From: Acinetobacter lwoffii
GTDB lineage: Bacteria; Pseudomonadota; Gammaproteobacteria; Pseudomonadales; Moraxellaceae
DNA: 24,000 nt
Assembly (NCBI GenBank): GCA_002321025.1
Contig: DCLL01000023.1
Span: 1 to 24,000 of the forward strand
Direction: 5' to 3'
The notes beneath the pieces were generated by a model. That model saw nothing but the letters and a program-made list of their open reading frames with translations, was not told the DNA's origin and did not search any database. A program made the translations under genes and the position numbers. Positions 6,599 through 17,812 of the stretch are shown here, one piece after another. Each line of letters begins with the position of its first letter. Position 1 is the first letter of the stretch.

Positions 6599-8704
6599 TT
6601 AACTCGCTTTAGAGGCTTCACTGAAAACGACAGGCTGAGCCAGACGGATAATTCGCGGGAAACCGAAATACATACGTAAATCGCGGATAATCTGTGCGAT
6701 CTGTTTACGGTTATGCACCACGATATTGACATAGGTTTTGTCATCCTGAGTGCGCACCATTTCCACCCCGGAATGCGCTTTACGGCATTGATAGATTAGG
6801 TCGGAAATCTGCTCGTCATTCATGTTCAAGTCAATACTGAGGTAGGCGGTAAAGCTGATATCTTCTAGATCATCCGAGATCCACTGCAACAACATGATAT
6901 TTTCTGGATGCTGATGCTGTTCATGCAGCAGGTTATGGCAGCGCGCACGATGCACAATCAGACCGCGACGGGTCAAATGACCCTGAATCGGATCACCCAG
7001 CACAGGATTGCAGCAATGGGCATATTTGACATCGACACCTTCTGTTCCCTGAATCAGACGGTCTGAACTGGCAATATTCTGATGCTGATCTTGGGCAAAT
7101 AAATGGTTAGCCACCAGTTGCGGTAATAAATCACCGACAGCAATTTGTTCAAACAACTGTTCCTTGCTGGAAACATGGCGCCACTCCAAGAGGTTTTTCC
7201 AGTCGGCTTCAGTCAGATCGCGAATAGAACGATGAAACAGTTTCAGTGCGCGATTGAGTGCCTGTTGTCCGACCAGACGCTGTTCGTCTGGATCCTGATC
7301 GCGCAGAATATTCTGAATAGCACGACGGGCTTTTTGGGTATTGATGAAACTGAGCCAATCCGGATTCGGGGTGGCGAGGACATCAGTAATGATTTCGACC
7401 ACCTGACCACTGACTAGAGGCGTTGAAAGGGGTTTGGTTTCATTGTTAATTTTTGCACCGACCGCATGGTTGCCCAGGAATAAACTCGCTGCATAAGCAA
7501 AGTCGACGGCCGTGGCGCCTTGCGGCAATTCATGTAAATGACCATGCGGGGTATAGACCCAGATTTTTTCCTGATGTAAATAGTCCAGTAATTCACTGAA
7601 TGTGGTTTTGGCACATTCGCCATCCACCAGTACATTCAGATTCTGCATTGATGCCTGAATCGCAGAGCGGCAGGCTTGCGGGGCACTTTCACCGAGCACG
7701 ACGCCAAAACGTGCAGCTTTGCGCATGAGTTCAGTTTGAATGGTCAAAGACAAAGTGGTCTTTTCGCCTTTTAGGCGCATCATTAAGGACTGGTTGCCTC
7801 CCGGTAATGGGCGGCGGATATGATCTTCATAACTCTGGATTTTAAAACTTTGCGTCAGAATTTCTGCCAGTCGGTCACAGTCCGCGATGCTCTGTAAAAT
7901 AATTTCAAATGCATGGCTGTGCGTCAATTCCTGCAGATCGATGTCATTTTTAACAAAGTGGCGCAGTAGCTCAATATTGTTATTTTTCTTCTTAATCCGG
8001 CCTTGAATGGCATTCTGTTGCAGCAGTTCGGTCAGGTTTTTTTCCCATTTGGCCTGATATTCACAGCGTTTGGGCTTGGTTTCCAGTAGAGCGGCCTGTA
8101 CATTGTTATACATGTCCAGATCTAGATTCTGATAGCACAAATGTTCCAGATTGTCGGCCATTTCATTCATACCGACAATACGTGCCATTGGCACAAAAAT
8201 TTCAAAGGTTTCGCGGGCAATACGCGCGCGTTTGTCAGGGCGCAGTGCATCCAAAGTGGTCATGTTGTGATAACGGTCGGCCAGTTTCACGATAATTACA
8301 CGTGGATCTTGTAGCGTCGCTTGCAGAATTTTCCGGAAAGAAGCCGCTTTATTATATTCTTTATCACTGGAATGGCTCAGTTTGGTGACGCCATCGACCA
8401 GTTCTGCGACGGTAAAACCAAAAATCTTGCTAATATCATCTTTGTTAAATTCGGTATCTTCAATCACATCGTGCAGCAGGGCGGCCATTAAGGTTTCAGT
8501 GTCCAAACGCATATGCGCCAAGATACAGCTGACCGCAATCGGATGCAGAATATAAGGTTCACCACTTTTACGCACAATCCCGTCATGTGCCATATCTGCA
8601 TAATCACAGGCCGCAAGCACACGTTCGACATCGCTTTCATTTAAATACGCATCGATAATGATCTCTAACTGCTGCTTGGCTTGACTGACCTGTGGGCCTG
8701 GCAT
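6599..8704 (-). CDS. spoT: SpoT-type long RSH: (p)ppGpp hydrolase with a degenerate synthetase domain
   Basis: The HD hydrolase domain is present (HPIAVS...LLHDVIEDT...VKLADRYHNM), as are TGS and ACT-like C-terminal regions. The ATG at 8704 with AAGG upstream is preferred over the TTG at 8719. Confidence 0.92.
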   Translation of the reverse strand: MPGPQVSQAKQQLEIIIDAYLNESDVERVLAACDYADMAHDGIVRKSGEPYILHPIAVSCILAHMRLDTETLMAALLHDVIEDTEFNKDDISKIFGFTVAELVDGVTKLSHSSDKEYNKAASFRKILQATLQDPRVIIVKLADRYHNMTTLDALRPDKRARIARETFEIFVPMARIVGMNEMADNLEHLCYQNLDLDMYNNVQAALLETKPKRCEYQAKWEKNLTELLQQNAIQGRIKKKNNNIELLRHFVKNDIDLQELTHSHAFEIILQSIADCDRLAEILTQSFKIQSYEDHIRRPLPGGNQSLMMRLKGEKTTLSLTIQTELMRKAARFGVVLGESAPQACRSAIQASMQNLNVLVDGECAKTTFSELLDYLHQEKIWVYTPHGHLHELPQGATAVDFAYAASLFLGNHAVGAKINNETKPLSTPLVSGQVVEIITDVLATPNPDWLSFINTQKARRAIQNILRDQDPDEQRLVGQQALNRALKLFHRSIRDLTEADWKNLLEWRHVSSKEQLFEQIAVGDLLPQLVANHLFAQDQHQNIASSDRLIQGTEGVDVKYAHCCNPVLGDPIQGHLTRRGLIVHRARCHNLLHEQHQHPENIMLLQWISDDLEDISFTAYLSIDLNMNDEQISDLIYQCRKAHSGVEMVRTQDDKTYVNIVVHNRKQIAQIIRDLRMYFGFPRIIRLAQPVVFSEASKAS

Positions 8705-8873
8705 AAAACACCTTTTCAACTGAATTTTTTACAAATAAAACCTGAAAGCACTTTAGAAATGTGAATTTCCTGGTTTGATGGTTTTTGGCTGCTAGCGAGC
8801 AGAAAACCAATACAAACTTGATAGCTAACCCTTATGTTATAACCGTTCTGGCATAAATATAAAAGTCACATAA

Positions 8874-8905
8874 CAAAAAAAGCCTAGTTTAAAACTAGGC
8901 TTTTT
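8874..8905 (-). terminator. Rho-independent terminator after rpoZ
   Basis: The minus strand reads AGCCTAGTTT-ta-AAACTAGGCT followed by T7. An A-run on the other side makes it potentially bidirectional. Confidence 0.8.
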
Positions 8906-8918
8906 GAGTGACGATCTC

Positions 8919-9200
8919 TTATTGGAAAGAAAAACCGTCTAAGTTTAGATTATTTGCAGAAAGTGCAAGATCCAGACTTGATGTTTGATAGTCTTGATCA
9001 CGTTGTTTCAAAATGTCTTTTGATACATGACCTGAAGCGATTTCACGTAAAGCAACAACAGTCGGTTTGTCATTGTCCCATTCTACAGTTGGTTCAATAC
9101 CTTGACGTGCCAATTGACGCGCGCGCTTGCTTGCCACTAGTACAAGCTCAAAGCGGTTGTCTACATGGTCTAAACAATCTTCAACGGTGACGCGTGCCAT
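8919..9200 (-). CDS. rpoZ: DNA-directed RNA polymerase subunit omega
   Basis: [10 protein letters not shown]...[16 protein letters not shown] is the canonical RpoZ N-terminus. Confidence 0.95.
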   Translation of the reverse strand: MARVTVEDCLDHVDNRFELVLVASKRARQLARQGIEPTVEWDNDKPTVVALREIASGHVSKDILKQRDQDYQTSSLDLALSANNLNLDGFSFQ

Positions 9201-9276
9201 AAGAATTCTCGTTTGAATAATAAATTTTAACAGACTGCACAGTATAAAAGGCTTTGTCTATAGACTCAAGTTTTAA

Positions 9277-9900
9277 TCACTGCTCAGTCGGCGTAATCAG
9301 TTTCTGAATCAGTTTTTCATGACGGTTGGCTTGTTGAGACAGAACTAGACGATTGGCGATAATCACCGCTTCAAGGTCATGCAACGCCTTATTAAAGTCG
9401 TCATTAATAATGATATAGTCAAAGTTGCTATATTGCTGCATATCTTCTACCGCGCAGCTTAGACGATGTTCAATCACATCCACAGCATCAGTACCACGGT
9501 TAGACAGGCGTTCACGCAAGTCGAACTGGCTTGGTGGTAAGATAAAAATTTGTTTAGATTCAGGAAAAAGTCGACGAACCTGTTGCGCACCTTGCCAGTC
9601 AATTTCCAATAGCACATCATGACCTTTGGCCAGTTGCTCTTTGACTGTGGCTTGCGCAGTACCGTAGTAGTTACCAAATACTTCGGCGTATTCGATAAAA
9701 CCACCTTCATTGACCAGATTTAAAAAATCTTCTTTGTTGGAGAAATGATAGTGTACGCCATCGAGTTCGCCAGGTCGTTGACCGCGTGTAGTGTGTGACA
9801 CAGAAACGTGAAGATTGTTGACACGCTCAAGTAGGGCTTTAACAAGGGATGTTTTGCCTGTTCCAGACGCTGCAGAAACGACAAACAAGAGACCCGACAT
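9277..9900 (-). CDS. gmk: Guanylate kinase
   Basis: It has the P-loop SAASGTGKTSL, TTRGQRPGE..G..Y.F and the guanylate kinase fold motifs. The gmk-rpoZ-spoT synteny also fits. Confidence 0.95.
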   Translation of the reverse strand: MSGLLFVVSAASGTGKTSLVKALLERVNNLHVSVSHTTRGQRPGELDGVHYHFSNKEDFLNLVNEGGFIEYAEVFGNYYGTAQATVKEQLAKGHDVLLEIDWQGAQQVRRLFPESKQIFILPPSQFDLRERLSNRGTDAVDVIEHRLSCAVEDMQQYSNFDYIIINDDFNKALHDLEAVIIANRLVLSQQANRHEKLIQKLITPTEQ

Positions 9901-10033
9901 GATATTTTTCCTGATATGATAAAATATCTTCTCTATTTTAGAGTAGAGCGGCTTTAAACTAAATAGTTGTCAGTCGATTGTTTACATTTATTTCAATTGA
10001 ACCGCTAAAAATGGTGTGAGTATTGAGGATTCT

Positions 10034-10984
10034 ATGGAAATTGTTTTAGCCAACCCACGTGGTTTTTGTGCTGGTGTAGATCGTGCCATTGCGATCGTGA
10101 ACCGTGCCTTAGAATGCTTTAACCCACCGATTTATGTGCGGCATGAAGTGGTGCATAACAAATTTGTCGTCGATGACTTACGTCAGCGTGGTGCAATTTT
10201 TGTCGATGAACTTGATGAAGTGCCCGATGACAATATTGTGATTTTTAGTGCGCATGGCGTATCTAAAGCAGTGCAACAAGAGGCGGAGCGTCGCGGCTTA
10301 AAAGTGTTTGATGCCACTTGTCCGCTGGTCACTAAAGTACATATTGAAGTCACCAAATATGCGCGTGAAGGCACAGAGGCGATTTTAATTGGTCACGAAG
10401 GACACCCAGAAGTTGAAGGGACGATGGGGCAGTACGACAAGAAAAATGGCGGTGACATTTATTTGGTCGAAGATGAAGAAGATGTGACTGCACTTGCAGT
10501 TCAGCATCCAGATAAAGTGGCTTTTGTAACACAAACCACCTTGTCGATTGATGATACTGCCAAAGTGATCGATGCCTTGCGCCAAAAATATCCGAATATA
10601 CAAGGGCCACGTAAAGACGACATTTGCTACGCCACTCAAAACCGTCAGGACGCAGTGCGTGACTTAGCCAACCAGTGTGATGTGGTGTTGGTGGTGGGTT
10701 CACCAAATTCATCCAACTCTAACCGTTTACGTGAGTTGGCTGAACGTATGGGGAAACGCGCCTATTTGGTGGATAATGCAGACGAGTTGGAACAAGCATG
10801 GTTTCAACCGAATACAAAAATTGGTGTGACTGCGGGCGCATCTGCACCAGAAATTTTAATCAAACAAGTGATTCAGCGTTTGCAAGACTGGGGTGCAACC
10901 GCCCCTGAAGAGCTAGCAGGCCGCGAAGAAAATATTACCTTTAGTTTGCCCAAAGAGTTACGTATTCCTGTAACACAGGCTTAA
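10034..10984 (+). CDS. ispH: 4-hydroxy-3-methylbut-2-enyl diphosphate reductase
   Basis: [19 protein letters not shown]...CPLVTKVH...SSNSNRL are IspH/LytB motifs carrying the three cluster cysteines. GAGGA lies 4 nt before the ATG at 10034, so the GTG at 10016 is probably an over-extension. Confidence 0.95.
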   Translation: MEIVLANPRGFCAGVDRAIAIVNRALECFNPPIYVRHEVVHNKFVVDDLRQRGAIFVDELDEVPDDNIVIFSAHGVSKAVQQEAERRGLKVFDATCPLVTKVHIEVTKYAREGTEAILIGHEGHPEVEGTMGQYDKKNGGDIYLVEDEEDVTALAVQHPDKVAFVTQTTLSIDDTAKVIDALRQKYPNIQGPRKDDICYATQNRQDAVRDLANQCDVVLVVGSPNSSNSNRLRELAERMGKRAYLVDNADELEQAWFQPNTKIGVTAGASAPEILIKQVIQRLQDWGATAPEELAGREENITFSLPKELRIPVTQA

Positions 10985-11013
10985 ATTGTTAACTATTTAA
11001 CAATTTATTTTTT
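10983..11013 (+). terminator. AT-rich hairpin plus T-run after ispH
   Basis: Stem aaattgttaa / ttaacaattt (10 bp), loop ctat, followed by atttttt. The stem is almost entirely A:T, so its strength is uncertain. Confidence 0.5.
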
Positions 11014-11128
11014 ATTAAAAAATAAGCAGATAGCTATAATATGACAGTTATCTGTTTTTTTATGCCTTTTATCTGCTCTGTGTAGGTTTTGTAAAATTTA
11101 TAGATATTATTTTTAATAGGGGAAAGTT

Positions 11129-11578
11129 TTGGGGTTGGGGAAGAGTGTGCAAAAGAATAAAGGTTTTACGTTAGTTGAGCTTATGGTGACGATTGCAGTG
11201 CTTGCAATTCTTACGACAATTGCAGCACCATCATTTGGCAATATGATAAAAAACCAAAAATTTAAGTCAAATACAAATGCCTTGATCGATAAGATCAAGC
11301 AAGCACGTACTTATGCGGTATTGAATCATCAAGGGGTTACTTTAAAGCTAAACGTTTCTGGGACAGATAATCCGCCTGTTTTTAACTGGATTAGTGAAGG
11401 CTCAGCGCGGCTAAAAAATGCGTCTGACACGGAAGTCGAATTTGATAAACAAGGTTTTTTGCGCTCTACCTTTGATGTAATTGAAGTTTGTAAGAATACG
11501 GGTAACAGTGAATCAATAAAAATTACGCTAACAGCATTGGGACAAATACATAAGGTTGAAAAGGGATCTTGTACATGA
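11129..11578 (+). CDS. fimU: Type IV minor pilin, GspH/FimT/FimU family
   Basis: NKG|FTLVELMVTIAVLAIL is a prepilin motif, and this is the first gene of the minor-pilin operon. The start is ambiguous between TTG 11129, TTG 11135 and GTG 11147. Confidence 0.8.
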   Translation: MGLGKSVQKNKGFTLVELMVTIAVLAILTTIAAPSFGNMIKNQKFKSNTNALIDKIKQARTYAVLNHQGVTLKLNVSGTDNPPVFNWISEGSARLKNASDTEVEFDKQGFLRSTFDVIEVCKNTGNSESIKITLTALGQIHKVEKGSCT

Positions 11579-12120
11579 TTTCAAAAGATCATCAAAAAGG
11601 TGTTGGTCTGATTGAGGTATTAGTTGCCTTAGTTGTGCTGGCAATAGGTGTGCTTGGATATGTAATGCTGCAAATGAGGGCATTAGAGGCGACAGCAGAA
11701 AGTGCTCAGCGTGTACAGGCAATTAATATTGCCCGTGATCTGGCTGAACGTATCCGTGTCAATAGAGAGGGGTGGACATTTGGCACAACCCCTACATCCT
11801 ATCTTACAGAGATGTCAAATGCTGCTAAACAAATAAATAATGAAGATTCCAGAGACTGTAGTATTGAATTTTGTAGTGGTGCTGAGCTAGCAGACTATGA
11901 CGTAGATGAAATTGTTACTTTTGCTCAAAATTTGGGTATGAGTATGAATTTGATGCAATGCCCAAAACAATCTGCGTCTAGTACAACCAATGGGCGTTAT
12001 TGTGTATATGTTGCTTGGGGAAATACATCTGCAACAAATGATGCAGGAACAACAGATTGTACAAATGGAGCTTCATACAATACTAAATCGACCTGTGTGA
12101 TTATGGAGCTTTACCAATGA
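11575..12120 (+). CDS. pilV: Type IV minor pilin PilV (ComB-like)
   Basis: HQKG|VGLIEVLVALVVLAIGVLG is a PilV/ComB-type N-terminus. The ATG at 11575 overlaps the fimU stop (ATGA), and AAGGGA lies upstream. Confidence 0.85.
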   Translation: MISKDHQKGVGLIEVLVALVVLAIGVLGYVMLQMRALEATAESAQRVQAINIARDLAERIRVNREGWTFGTTPTSYLTEMSNAAKQINNEDSRDCSIEFCSGAELADYDVDEIVTFAQNLGMSMNLMQCPKQSASSTTNGRYCVYVAWGNTSATNDAGTTDCTNGASYNTKSTCVIMELYQ

Positions 12121-13028
12121 AACAAACTGGTTTTACGCTCATAGAACTCATGATTGCGATGGCATTAGGTTTAATTATTGCTGCTAGCGCAACTTTATTG
12201 TTTTTATCTGGACAGAGAAATCTCGTTTTACAAAATAGTGCGAACAGTTTGCAGGATGACCAAAGTTTTGGCCTTTCCTATCTGACCTCTCATATTCGCT
12301 TGGCTAATTTGAATAATAATTTGGCGACGGTAAAGCCTGATGTCGCTAAGTCAGGCATTATTTTTAATAAAAATAATCTGCCAAGTGGGGTCACTAGTCG
12401 TGCAGATTTTAATGATAAGTACAGCTCCTTAACTACGGAAGATGAAAGCAACTTTACCAGTACGGGTGCAGTGAAAAATGATCAATTAGTTATTCAATAT
12501 CGTCCTGCTGAGGTTGGTGGATTTGATTGTGCTGGTGGGAAAATTGATTCACGGAATGAATTTATTGTGGAGCGATATTTTGTAAGAGCAGACAATAGCC
12601 CTGCTAATCATGAGACTACAGCACAGGAAAAGAAAGTTTTGGCTTGTGCTGCAGGAAGATATAGCATCCCTGAAGAGGGTGCTACAGCAACTCTAGATTC
12701 AACACTTTATAACAATGGTGAAATTATTTTAAAAAGAGTTGAATTATTTAAGGTGAGATTCTTAGTTCAGGAGGGGGCTGCGAAAAAATATATGACTTTG
12801 GAAGATTATATAGATCCCACCTCAGATCAACCACGTATTTTATCGGTACAATTGGCGGTGATTTCCAGAGCTTCTGACGCTACTACAGAGAGCACAGTGC
12901 CTGTTGCGCCAACATTTAAATTATGGAGTGATTTTGAAGTAACGTTAAATTCAGGTCAGCCTAGACGTTATTTAAGGACTCCGATAGTGCAGACCGTGGC
13001 ATTACGCAATGCTTTGGGGGATCGATAA
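12117..13028 (+). CDS. pilW: Type IV minor pilin PilW
   Basis: MKQTG|[16 protein letters not shown] is a prepilin motif. There is an ATGA overlap with pilV, and the size (303 aa) and position fit PilW. Confidence 0.85.
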   Translation: MKQTGFTLIELMIAMALGLIIAASATLLFLSGQRNLVLQNSANSLQDDQSFGLSYLTSHIRLANLNNNLATVKPDVAKSGIIFNKNNLPSGVTSRADFNDKYSSLTTEDESNFTSTGAVKNDQLVIQYRPAEVGGFDCAGGKIDSRNEFIVERYFVRADNSPANHETTAQEKKVLACAAGRYSIPEEGATATLDSTLYNNGEIILKRVELFKVRFLVQEGAAKKYMTLEDYIDPTSDQPRILSVQLAVISRASDATTESTVPVAPTFKLWSDFEVTLNSGQPRRYLRTPIVQTVALRNALGDR

Positions 13029-13840
13029 TGTATAAAACACAACATGGTGCTACTCTCATTGTCGTTCTCCTGCTGTTGGTGGCTATTACAGTAATAGGTG
13101 CTTTAGCAATTCGTTCTAGTACTACACAGCTTAGAGTAGCTACAGCAAGTCAGGCGCAGCAGCTCATGTTGCAAAACTCAGACGCAGCTTTATTTCAATT
13201 AGAAAATCCAAGTGAATTAAGTAGGCAAATGGCATTGAATGGCATGTTTGGCTTCATTAAGGCGGAAGACGACTCTGGTAAAGAATTGGTTTTTTGTTAT
13301 AAGGCCGGTGACACTAATTTTTTTGATTTTACTAAAGCGAGTTTAATTAACTGGGATGGTAATACAGTAACCAATACCGGTTTGAGTCAACTCGGTTTTT
13401 GTAAAATTGATTCGGGATACTTCAGTACTCATCGAAAAACTGTGATGACGCAAGTTGCAATTAAAGCAGCGGATATGTCAGAAGCGGCTGCTTTCCAACA
13501 TATGCAAACTGGAACAGATGTTGAAACAGCAAAAGCTGATCCAGCACAGTTGTATACGGTTGTGGCGACTACAATTTTTCCAAACCTTTCTGAAAATACT
13601 AATTTAACTAGCAGTCAGTTATCATCAGCTATAAAAAATTGTTTTAGCAATCATTTTAATGCAATTCCTGAAACTAAAGCAGAGTCACTCCAAGGTGAAA
13701 TTACGGAAGATTCAACTGATGATGAAAAAGAAGCAATTCGTTTAGCAAAATTAACAGTTTCACAGTGTTTAATTGATTTAGGGGTACCTACTCATACGCA
13801 GGTAGCACGTTATTCACTCATGCAAAATATTGGTAAATAA
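13028..13840 (+). CDS. pilX: Type IV minor pilin PilX
   Basis: QHG|ATLIVVLLLLVAITVIGALAIRSS is a PilX_N-type hydrophobic N-terminus. There is a TAATG overlap with pilW. Confidence 0.8.
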   Translation: MYKTQHGATLIVVLLLLVAITVIGALAIRSSTTQLRVATASQAQQLMLQNSDAALFQLENPSELSRQMALNGMFGFIKAEDDSGKELVFCYKAGDTNFFDFTKASLINWDGNTVTNTGLSQLGFCKIDSGYFSTHRKTVMTQVAIKAADMSEAAAFQHMQTGTDVETAKADPAQLYTVVATTIFPNLSENTNLTSSQLSSAIKNCFSNHFNAIPETKAESLQGEITEDSTDDEKEAIRLAKLTVSQCLIDLGVPTHTQVARYSLMQNIGK

Positions 13841-13854
13841 TTGGGGGCATGGCA

Positions 13855-16800
13855 ATGAAAAATAAGACAAAACATGGCTTAGTTACAGGGTTAACGGCTT
13901 TAAGTACAGTAATGATTTGCCAAACGAGCATGACCTATGCCAGTGATATTGAGATTTATAAAGCACCCACTACGGGTGGGGCAACGCTCATGTTTGTGCT
14001 GGATCTGTCTGGTTCAATGTCTCAATCTGAGGACAAATCAGTACAAAGAGATTTTTTTGGAGGTACAAGTACTTCATGTACTAGTGAATCGAAAGTTGTA
14101 CGGACTAGATTTAATAATAAGGATTTTGATTATAACGGCACATTTTGTTATATCACTCAAACGACGTACAATGACTTAAGCTCTACTCTAAGAACAAAGC
14201 TTGATCAAGAAGTTATAGCTAAAACATGTATGAAAGAGGTAAAAACTTTTAGAAAATGGCAATCTTACGGTTTGTTTGGTGGGTGGTGGGTGTATTATGA
14301 AGAGATGGCTTATAGTTGCCCTGACCGAGTAACAATGCTCGTTCGCAGCATGTTTGATCTAATTAGCGGTAACTCTTCAGTGGATGGAGGTAAAATTGCT
14401 ACGACTAACACGCCTTTGCCAGATACTGCATCCATTGGTTTCACTAAGTTTTATAATGCAACACCCTCTACAGAAACATCACCTTTGACACTTACGACTG
14501 AAAACAGAGAAACTTTACTGAATTATGCAAAAAATTGGCAAGCACTAGGAGGGACTCCAATTGCACGTGCTTATTCAAGAGCTGCTGTAGATCTAGTAGA
14601 TCATATGTCTAGAGTGGAAACAGCTTGTGCCGGTTATGGGATGTATTATTTAACTGATGGTGATCCATCAGGTGATAACTCAGGAACAGCAAGAACAACA
14701 GTAAACCCTAAATTAACGGAAAAGGTGACAACTTCACAATGTGATGGTACTAGTAATAGTCAATCTTGGCCTTGTGTAGAAGCTATAGCTCAAAAGCTAC
14801 AAGAGAAAAAAAATACTGAAGGTGCTGAAGTTAAAACAGCCGTTGTGGGTTTCGGCACAGCATTTAATTTTGCTCATAAAACAACAGGAAATAATGTTGT
14901 TTATAATCCTGAAACTACATATACGGATACGATGCTCAGTAGTTACTTTAAAAATAATGCACTTGCCGCAGCGAAAGCGGCAGTGAAAGGAAAGGGAGGG
15001 TGGTATAGTGCCTCTAATACATCTGATATTGTAAATAGTGTACAGAATTTTGTTGAATCAATTAAAGTGCCTATTCCAGCAATCACGACAGGTACTGCTG
15101 CAATTCCTCAAGACCATCTTAATCCAATCGCGATTCAGTCTTATGCCTATTTCCCTCAATTTCAACCGAAACCTTCTGAAGACTTTGAAGCTTGGTTTGG
15201 TAATTTAAAAAAATTTAAGGTTAAAGATGGCGTGCTTGTTGGCCAGTCCAATGCAAAAGTATTTGGTGCAGATGGTGAGCTAAATACTTCAACTAAAGAT
15301 TTATGGGTAAATGGTGCCTCTGCTGATTTGCAGGTTTATGGTGGTTTACTGAGTAAACTGAATTTGCAAACATTTACTGATGGTACTGATTTTGCGCGAG
15401 CTGTTTATACCAATGCTGGTGGTTCAATTCAGAAAGTTAACCTGGAATATATGCAAGAAAAAATCGCTACAGGTAATAATAAATACCTGTTGGGAGCGCT
15501 TGGTTATGATTTAACAGAAACTGAATTGGATGAGCTGGCTGCTTTAGATTCTCTAGAACTCACAAATTTAGCGAACAGGGAGCAAAACCGCTCGATAGGT
15601 GCAATCATGCACTCCACACCAGTGTTATTAACCCAATCAGGAAAAATCACTTATAGCGATACTAAAAAATCGAATGAAACTGTTGATCGCAATGACTATA
15701 TCTTATTTGGAACGACACAAGGTGCATTGCACGTTGTAAAAACTGGACGAGAAGCAGAAACATATCCGAGTGGAACAACAGCTGGAAATTATGATGGCGG
15801 TAAGGAGATTTTTACATTTATTCCAGAGGAGATGTTATCGGCTCAGCCAAAAGCTTTATTAAGTGAGCCGAATACCGAAGGTAATGGTATGGATCAACTC
15901 TATTATGGTATTGATGGTGCATGGACAGCACATACAGAATATGTCTATAACACTACTTCCGATAAATTTGAGGTCAATCCTTCATCAGGTAAAAAAGGTA
16001 AACAATGGGTTTATGGCGGCATGCGAATGGGCGGTTCAAGCTATTATGCATTGGACTTAACAGACATTGATCAACCGAAAATTAAATTCCGCATAGATCC
16101 TGAATCTGGCAAAGTTTATAAAACAAATGATATATCTGGTACTGCTTATGGTGATTTAAGCAAAATGGGACAAAGTTGGTCAAAGCCAACCATTGCTTAT
16201 GTACAGTGGAAAGGTCAGCGTAAACTCGTCATGTTGGTTGGTGGTGGTTATGACCCACAATATGAGGATTTTAGAGCAGGAAAGACGACTAAAGGTGCTG
16301 GTGTTTACATGTTTGATGCTGACACAGGTGACTTGTTATGGTCGACCTATGATGCATCTGGTGGAGATAAATCTCGTTTAGAATATAGTGTTGTTAGCCA
16401 AATCAAAGCAGTTGACCGTGAAGGTGATGGTGATGTAGATCATCTTTACTTTGGTGATTTGGGTGGACAGGTATTCCGTATTGATTTGAAATCTAATCAT
16501 AGCTCTTCTGACGCAAAAGCAGACTTTGCTAAAATTACTCGTTTAGCGGATTTCAAAGAAACAGGGAAGTATGCACCGCGTTTTTATGAAATGCCAACGT
16601 TCAGTGTATACCGTAATGCGACAGGTATGTTTGCGGTGGTGAGTATTGGTAGTGGTAACCGTAGTACGCCGCTATTAGGTAAGGTAATTGATTCAAAATA
16701 TGTGGTTAATGGCGAAAGTGGTATAGAGAATCTAAAATTATTAAACGATGCGATCTATAATATTTATGATTTAGCGGTCATGGATACAAATCCTGCGACT

Positions 16801-17340
16801 TCAACGAAAGGTCCATTAAGCATAACTCGAACTAACTTAAAAAAAATAACGGATAACGATCGTGAGCTAGCTTCTGAGGATGATATTGCAAGCGAGGGTT
16901 ATAATGAAAACTCTGCCTATAAGGGTTGGTACTATGAATTTACTTCTTCAGCTTCAGTTAACAACCGTAAGGCTGTAGAAAAAGTTCAAAGTGATTTGGT
17001 CTTATTAGATTCTGACTTATATGTAAGTACATTTGATGCTGAAGGTGTAGGCAGTACAGAATCATGTGGTGCGGGTATTTACGGGTCAAGTCGAGCACAT
17101 CGTTTCTGTATGCCATATGGACAATGTGGAGCAGGCGATACAGTTGAAGATAATACTATGACCTTAGGTAAGGGTCTGTTAGGTATAACTCTAGGCCAGA
17201 GTACTGATACGAATGGTGTCCCTTATCGTAGCATTATTGGCCCTGTTGAAAATCGAAATCCTACTAGCAACAAAATTTTAAATACATTATATCGTAATAA
17301 AATAAAGCTGACTCCTTATAGTTGGTACGAGCGAAATTAA
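13855..17340 (+). CDS. pilY1: PilY1/ComC/PilC-family pilus tip adhesin with N-terminal vWA domain
   Basis: It has a signal peptide, a vWA MIDAS motif DLSGS (14002-14016) plus YYLTDGDP, and a C-terminal PilY1 propeller region with a Ca-binding-type loop DREGDGDVD (16414-16440). The ATG at 13855 is 7 nt after GGGGG and is preferred over 13849. Confidence 0.9.
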   Translation: MKNKTKHGLVTGLTALSTVMICQTSMTYASDIEIYKAPTTGGATLMFVLDLSGSMSQSEDKSVQRDFFGGTSTSCTSESKVVRTRFNNKDFDYNGTFCYITQTTYNDLSSTLRTKLDQEVIAKTCMKEVKTFRKWQSYGLFGGWWVYYEEMAYSCPDRVTMLVRSMFDLISGNSSVDGGKIATTNTPLPDTASIGFTKFYNATPSTETSPLTLTTENRETLLNYAKNWQALGGTPIARAYSRAAVDLVDHMSRVETACAGYGMYYLTDGDPSGDNSGTARTTVNPKLTEKVTTSQCDGTSNSQSWPCVEAIAQKLQEKKNTEGAEVKTAVVGFGTAFNFAHKTTGNNVVYNPETTYTDTMLSSYFKNNALAAAKAAVKGKGGWYSASNTSDIVNSVQNFVESIKVPIPAITTGTAAIPQDHLNPIAIQSYAYFPQFQPKPSEDFEAWFGNLKKFKVKDGVLVGQSNAKVFGADGELNTSTKDLWVNGASADLQVYGGLLSKLNLQTFTDGTDFARAVYTNAGGSIQKVNLEYMQEKIATGNNKYLLGALGYDLTETELDELAALDSLELTNLANREQNRSIGAIMHSTPVLLTQSGKITYSDTKKSNETVDRNDYILFGTTQGALHVVKTGREAETYPSGTTAGNYDGGKEIFTFIPEEMLSAQPKALLSEPNTEGNGMDQLYYGIDGAWTAHTEYVYNTTSDKFEVNPSSGKKGKQWVYGGMRMGGSSYYALDLTDIDQPKIKFRIDPESGKVYKTNDISGTAYGDLSKMGQSWSKPTIAYVQWKGQRKLVMLVGGGYDPQYEDFRAGKTTKGAGVYMFDADTGDLLWSTYDASGGDKSRLEYSVVSQIKAVDREGDGDVDHLYFGDLGGQVFRIDLKSNHSSSDAKADFAKITRLADFKETGKYAPRFYEMPTFSVYRNATGMFAVVSIGSGNRSTPLLGKVIDSKYVVNGESGIENLKLLNDAIYNIYDLAVMDTNPATSTKGPLSITRTNLKKITDNDRELASEDDIASEGYNENSAYKGWYYEFTSSASVNNRKAVEKVQSDLVLLDSDLYVSTFDAEGVGSTESCGAGIYGSSRAHRFCMPYGQCGAGDTVEDNTMTLGKGLLGITLGQSTDTNGVPYRSIIGPVENRNPTSNKILNTLYRNKIKLTPYSWYERN

Positions 17341-17347
17341 GGAGGAT

Positions 17348-17812
17348 ATGGTGAACGAATATAAAAAGGGGTTTACACTAATTGAACTAATGATTGTAGT
17401 GGTGGTGATTGCTATCATTGCTGCAATCGCTTTTCCAAGTTATCAGAGTTATATACAGCGTTCTGATGAAGCTGTAGCAAAGCAGCGAATACAACAAATT
17501 GCAACTGAATTGGAGAAGTTCAAGGCTCGCCAATTCAATTATCTGAATTATGCTATTGAAAGTGGAATGGATTATTATCCGACTTCTACCAATGCTAAAT
17601 ATGCGTTTAGTGTTAAAGATGGTGATAACACAGATAATGCACTGACAGATACAGATGCAACTGGTAGAAATTGGGTGATTCTCGCCACCCCAAGTGCGAG
17701 TTATCCAAAACTGCAGCAATTTGTCATGACGAGTACGGGACTGAAGTGTAAAAAAGTACAAGGTAGTACGATTGATCTGGGCTGTAGTGGGGAAGCTTCA
17801 TGGACAGATTAA
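17348..17812 (+). CDS. pilE: Type IV minor pilin PilE (ComE-like)
   Basis: YKKG|[27 protein letters not shown] is a prepilin motif, and AAGGAGGA lies just upstream. Confidence 0.85.
   Translation: MVNEYKKGFTLIELMIVVVVIAIIAAIAFPSYQSYIQRSDEAVAKQRIQQIATELEKFKARQFNYLNYAIESGMDYYPTSTNAKYAFSVKDGDNTDNALTDTDATGRNWVILATPSASYPKLQQFVMTSTGLKCKKVQGSTIDLGCSGEASWTD

Noticed and set aside
8780-8808. Bulged hairpin GGTTTT-tgg-CTGCT-agcg-AGCAG-AAAACC in the rpoZ-spoT spacer.
   Set aside because: It has no T-run on either strand, only moderate stability, and no second copy in the window. It could belong to the spoT 5' leader, but I cannot support any function.
10350-10712. 120-aa and neighbouring ORFs antisense to ispH (10183-10374, 10385-10639). 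Similar ORFs lie inside spoT (7145-7417, 7414-7635), rpoZ (8954-9190) and gmk (9425-9622, 9474-9710).
   Set aside because: These are shadow ORFs within conserved housekeeping genes, with low-complexity or Cys/His-rich nonsense composition.
14806-14813. Homopolymer tracts that could mediate slipped-strand phase variation: A8 in pilY1, T7 at 14052-14058 (pilY1), T7 at 13319-13325 (pilX), and A7/T7 at the 5' end of lipase 3 (23772-23778).
   Set aside because: Runs of 7-8 A/T are expected by chance in DNA this AT-rich and are shorter than typical contingency-locus tracts. There is no evidence of length heterogeneity.
17387-17761. 124-aa ORF antisense to pilE. Related cases are the in-gene ORFs 13937-14179, 15863-16060 and 16193-16381 (alternative frames of pilY1), 11113-11298, 11528-11722, 18782-19009, 19058-19309, 19242-19532, 19759-20058 and 20487-20735.
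   Set aside because: They overlap strongly supported CDSs and have no independent signals.
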